IMG/VR virus record: IMGVR_UViG_3300016667_000269
Location: 1-36,399 of that record
Length of the DNA stretch: 36,399 nt
Direction: 5' to 3' (one strand)
Origin: a virus
Taxonomy: Duplodnaviria > Caudoviricetes
Below the pieces are notes generated by a model that ran no database searches, was not told where the DNA came from, and saw only the letters and a list, made by a program, of their open reading frames with translations. Shown here piece after piece: positions 35,954-36,399 of this stretch (positions are counted from its first letter, which is position 1; each line of letters opens with the position of its first letter). A program made the translations under genes and the position numbers.

Positions 35954-36377
35954 TGAAAGAAATCCGAAGAAAGCTGTTGATTGACTTGATTGCTGGCCCA
36001 AGGTTTGAGGGCAACAGGCAGTCTTTTTGCAGTGCAGCAGGAATTACGGAGGGTCGTTTGTCCCAGCTATTGACTGCTGGCGCGCCATTTGGCGACGTAG
36101 CCGCCAAGAACTTAGACGATGCTTTAGGGCTTGCAGATAGCTACTTTGAAAAGCCGGTAATAGGCCTTCATAGAAAGGCCGTTAACTCAGACGAGTTTGC
36201 GATACCACAATTTGACGCAAGGGGAGCAATGGGAGACGGTCTAGTGCTACGTGACCAGCCTGGAATGATTCGAAGCTGGACGGTAAATAAAGAATGGATT
36301 AGTAAGAACCTCAAGAATCACACCGGTGCTGCGAATCTTTGCATCGTGACCGGATTTGGTGACTCTATGAAGGGTAT
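35953..36377 (+). pseudogene. cI: CI-like S24 repressor truncated by IS21
   Basis: Manual translation MKEIRRKLL...GITEGRLSQLL (HTH)...IPQFDARGAMGDG...LCIVTGFGDSMKG, followed directly by the IS terminus. Confidence 0.85.
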
Positions 36378-36399
36378 TGTTGAATCACAACCAAAACTG
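36378..36399 (+). mobile_element. IS21-family left end (IRL)
   Basis: TGTTGAATCACAACCAAAACTG is an imperfect inverted repeat of 423-444. Confidence 0.75.

Overview
The window holds a nearly complete temperate, P22-like podovirus genome (about 445-36377) with lambdoid gene organisation. The host is probably a betaproteobacterium; this is inferred from the tRNA fragment, the LexA box and gene content. The phage is bracketed by the right end of an IS21-family element (istB tail and IRR, 1-444) and by a matching IS21 left end (36378-36399). The left end truncates the cI repressor immediately after its catalytic GDSM motif. The + strand carries the early-left operon: PL, ERF recombinase, SSB-like protein, Rap1a-like protein, many small genes, xis-like DUF4224 and a tyrosine integrase. 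An intact attP with the 5' half of tRNA-Arg(UCU) follows, in the middle of the window. The - strand carries cro, cII, replication, nin-like genes, Q, terminase, a LamG-type fibre, portal, scaffold, capsid, tail, ejection proteins, tail fibre and lysis genes. After lysis comes a cassette encoding an HExxH protein, an HTH-metallophosphoesterase, an ART-PolyVal-like ADP-ribosyltransferase and a small membrane protein. The most notable points are the un-recombined attP with an IS-broken repressor and no target-site duplication, the post-lysis enzyme cassette, six palindromic operators, a LexA box inside attP, a perfect boxA pointing into the missing immunity region, and several structured RNA candidates. 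All product calls come from motif and synteny recognition, not from database searches.
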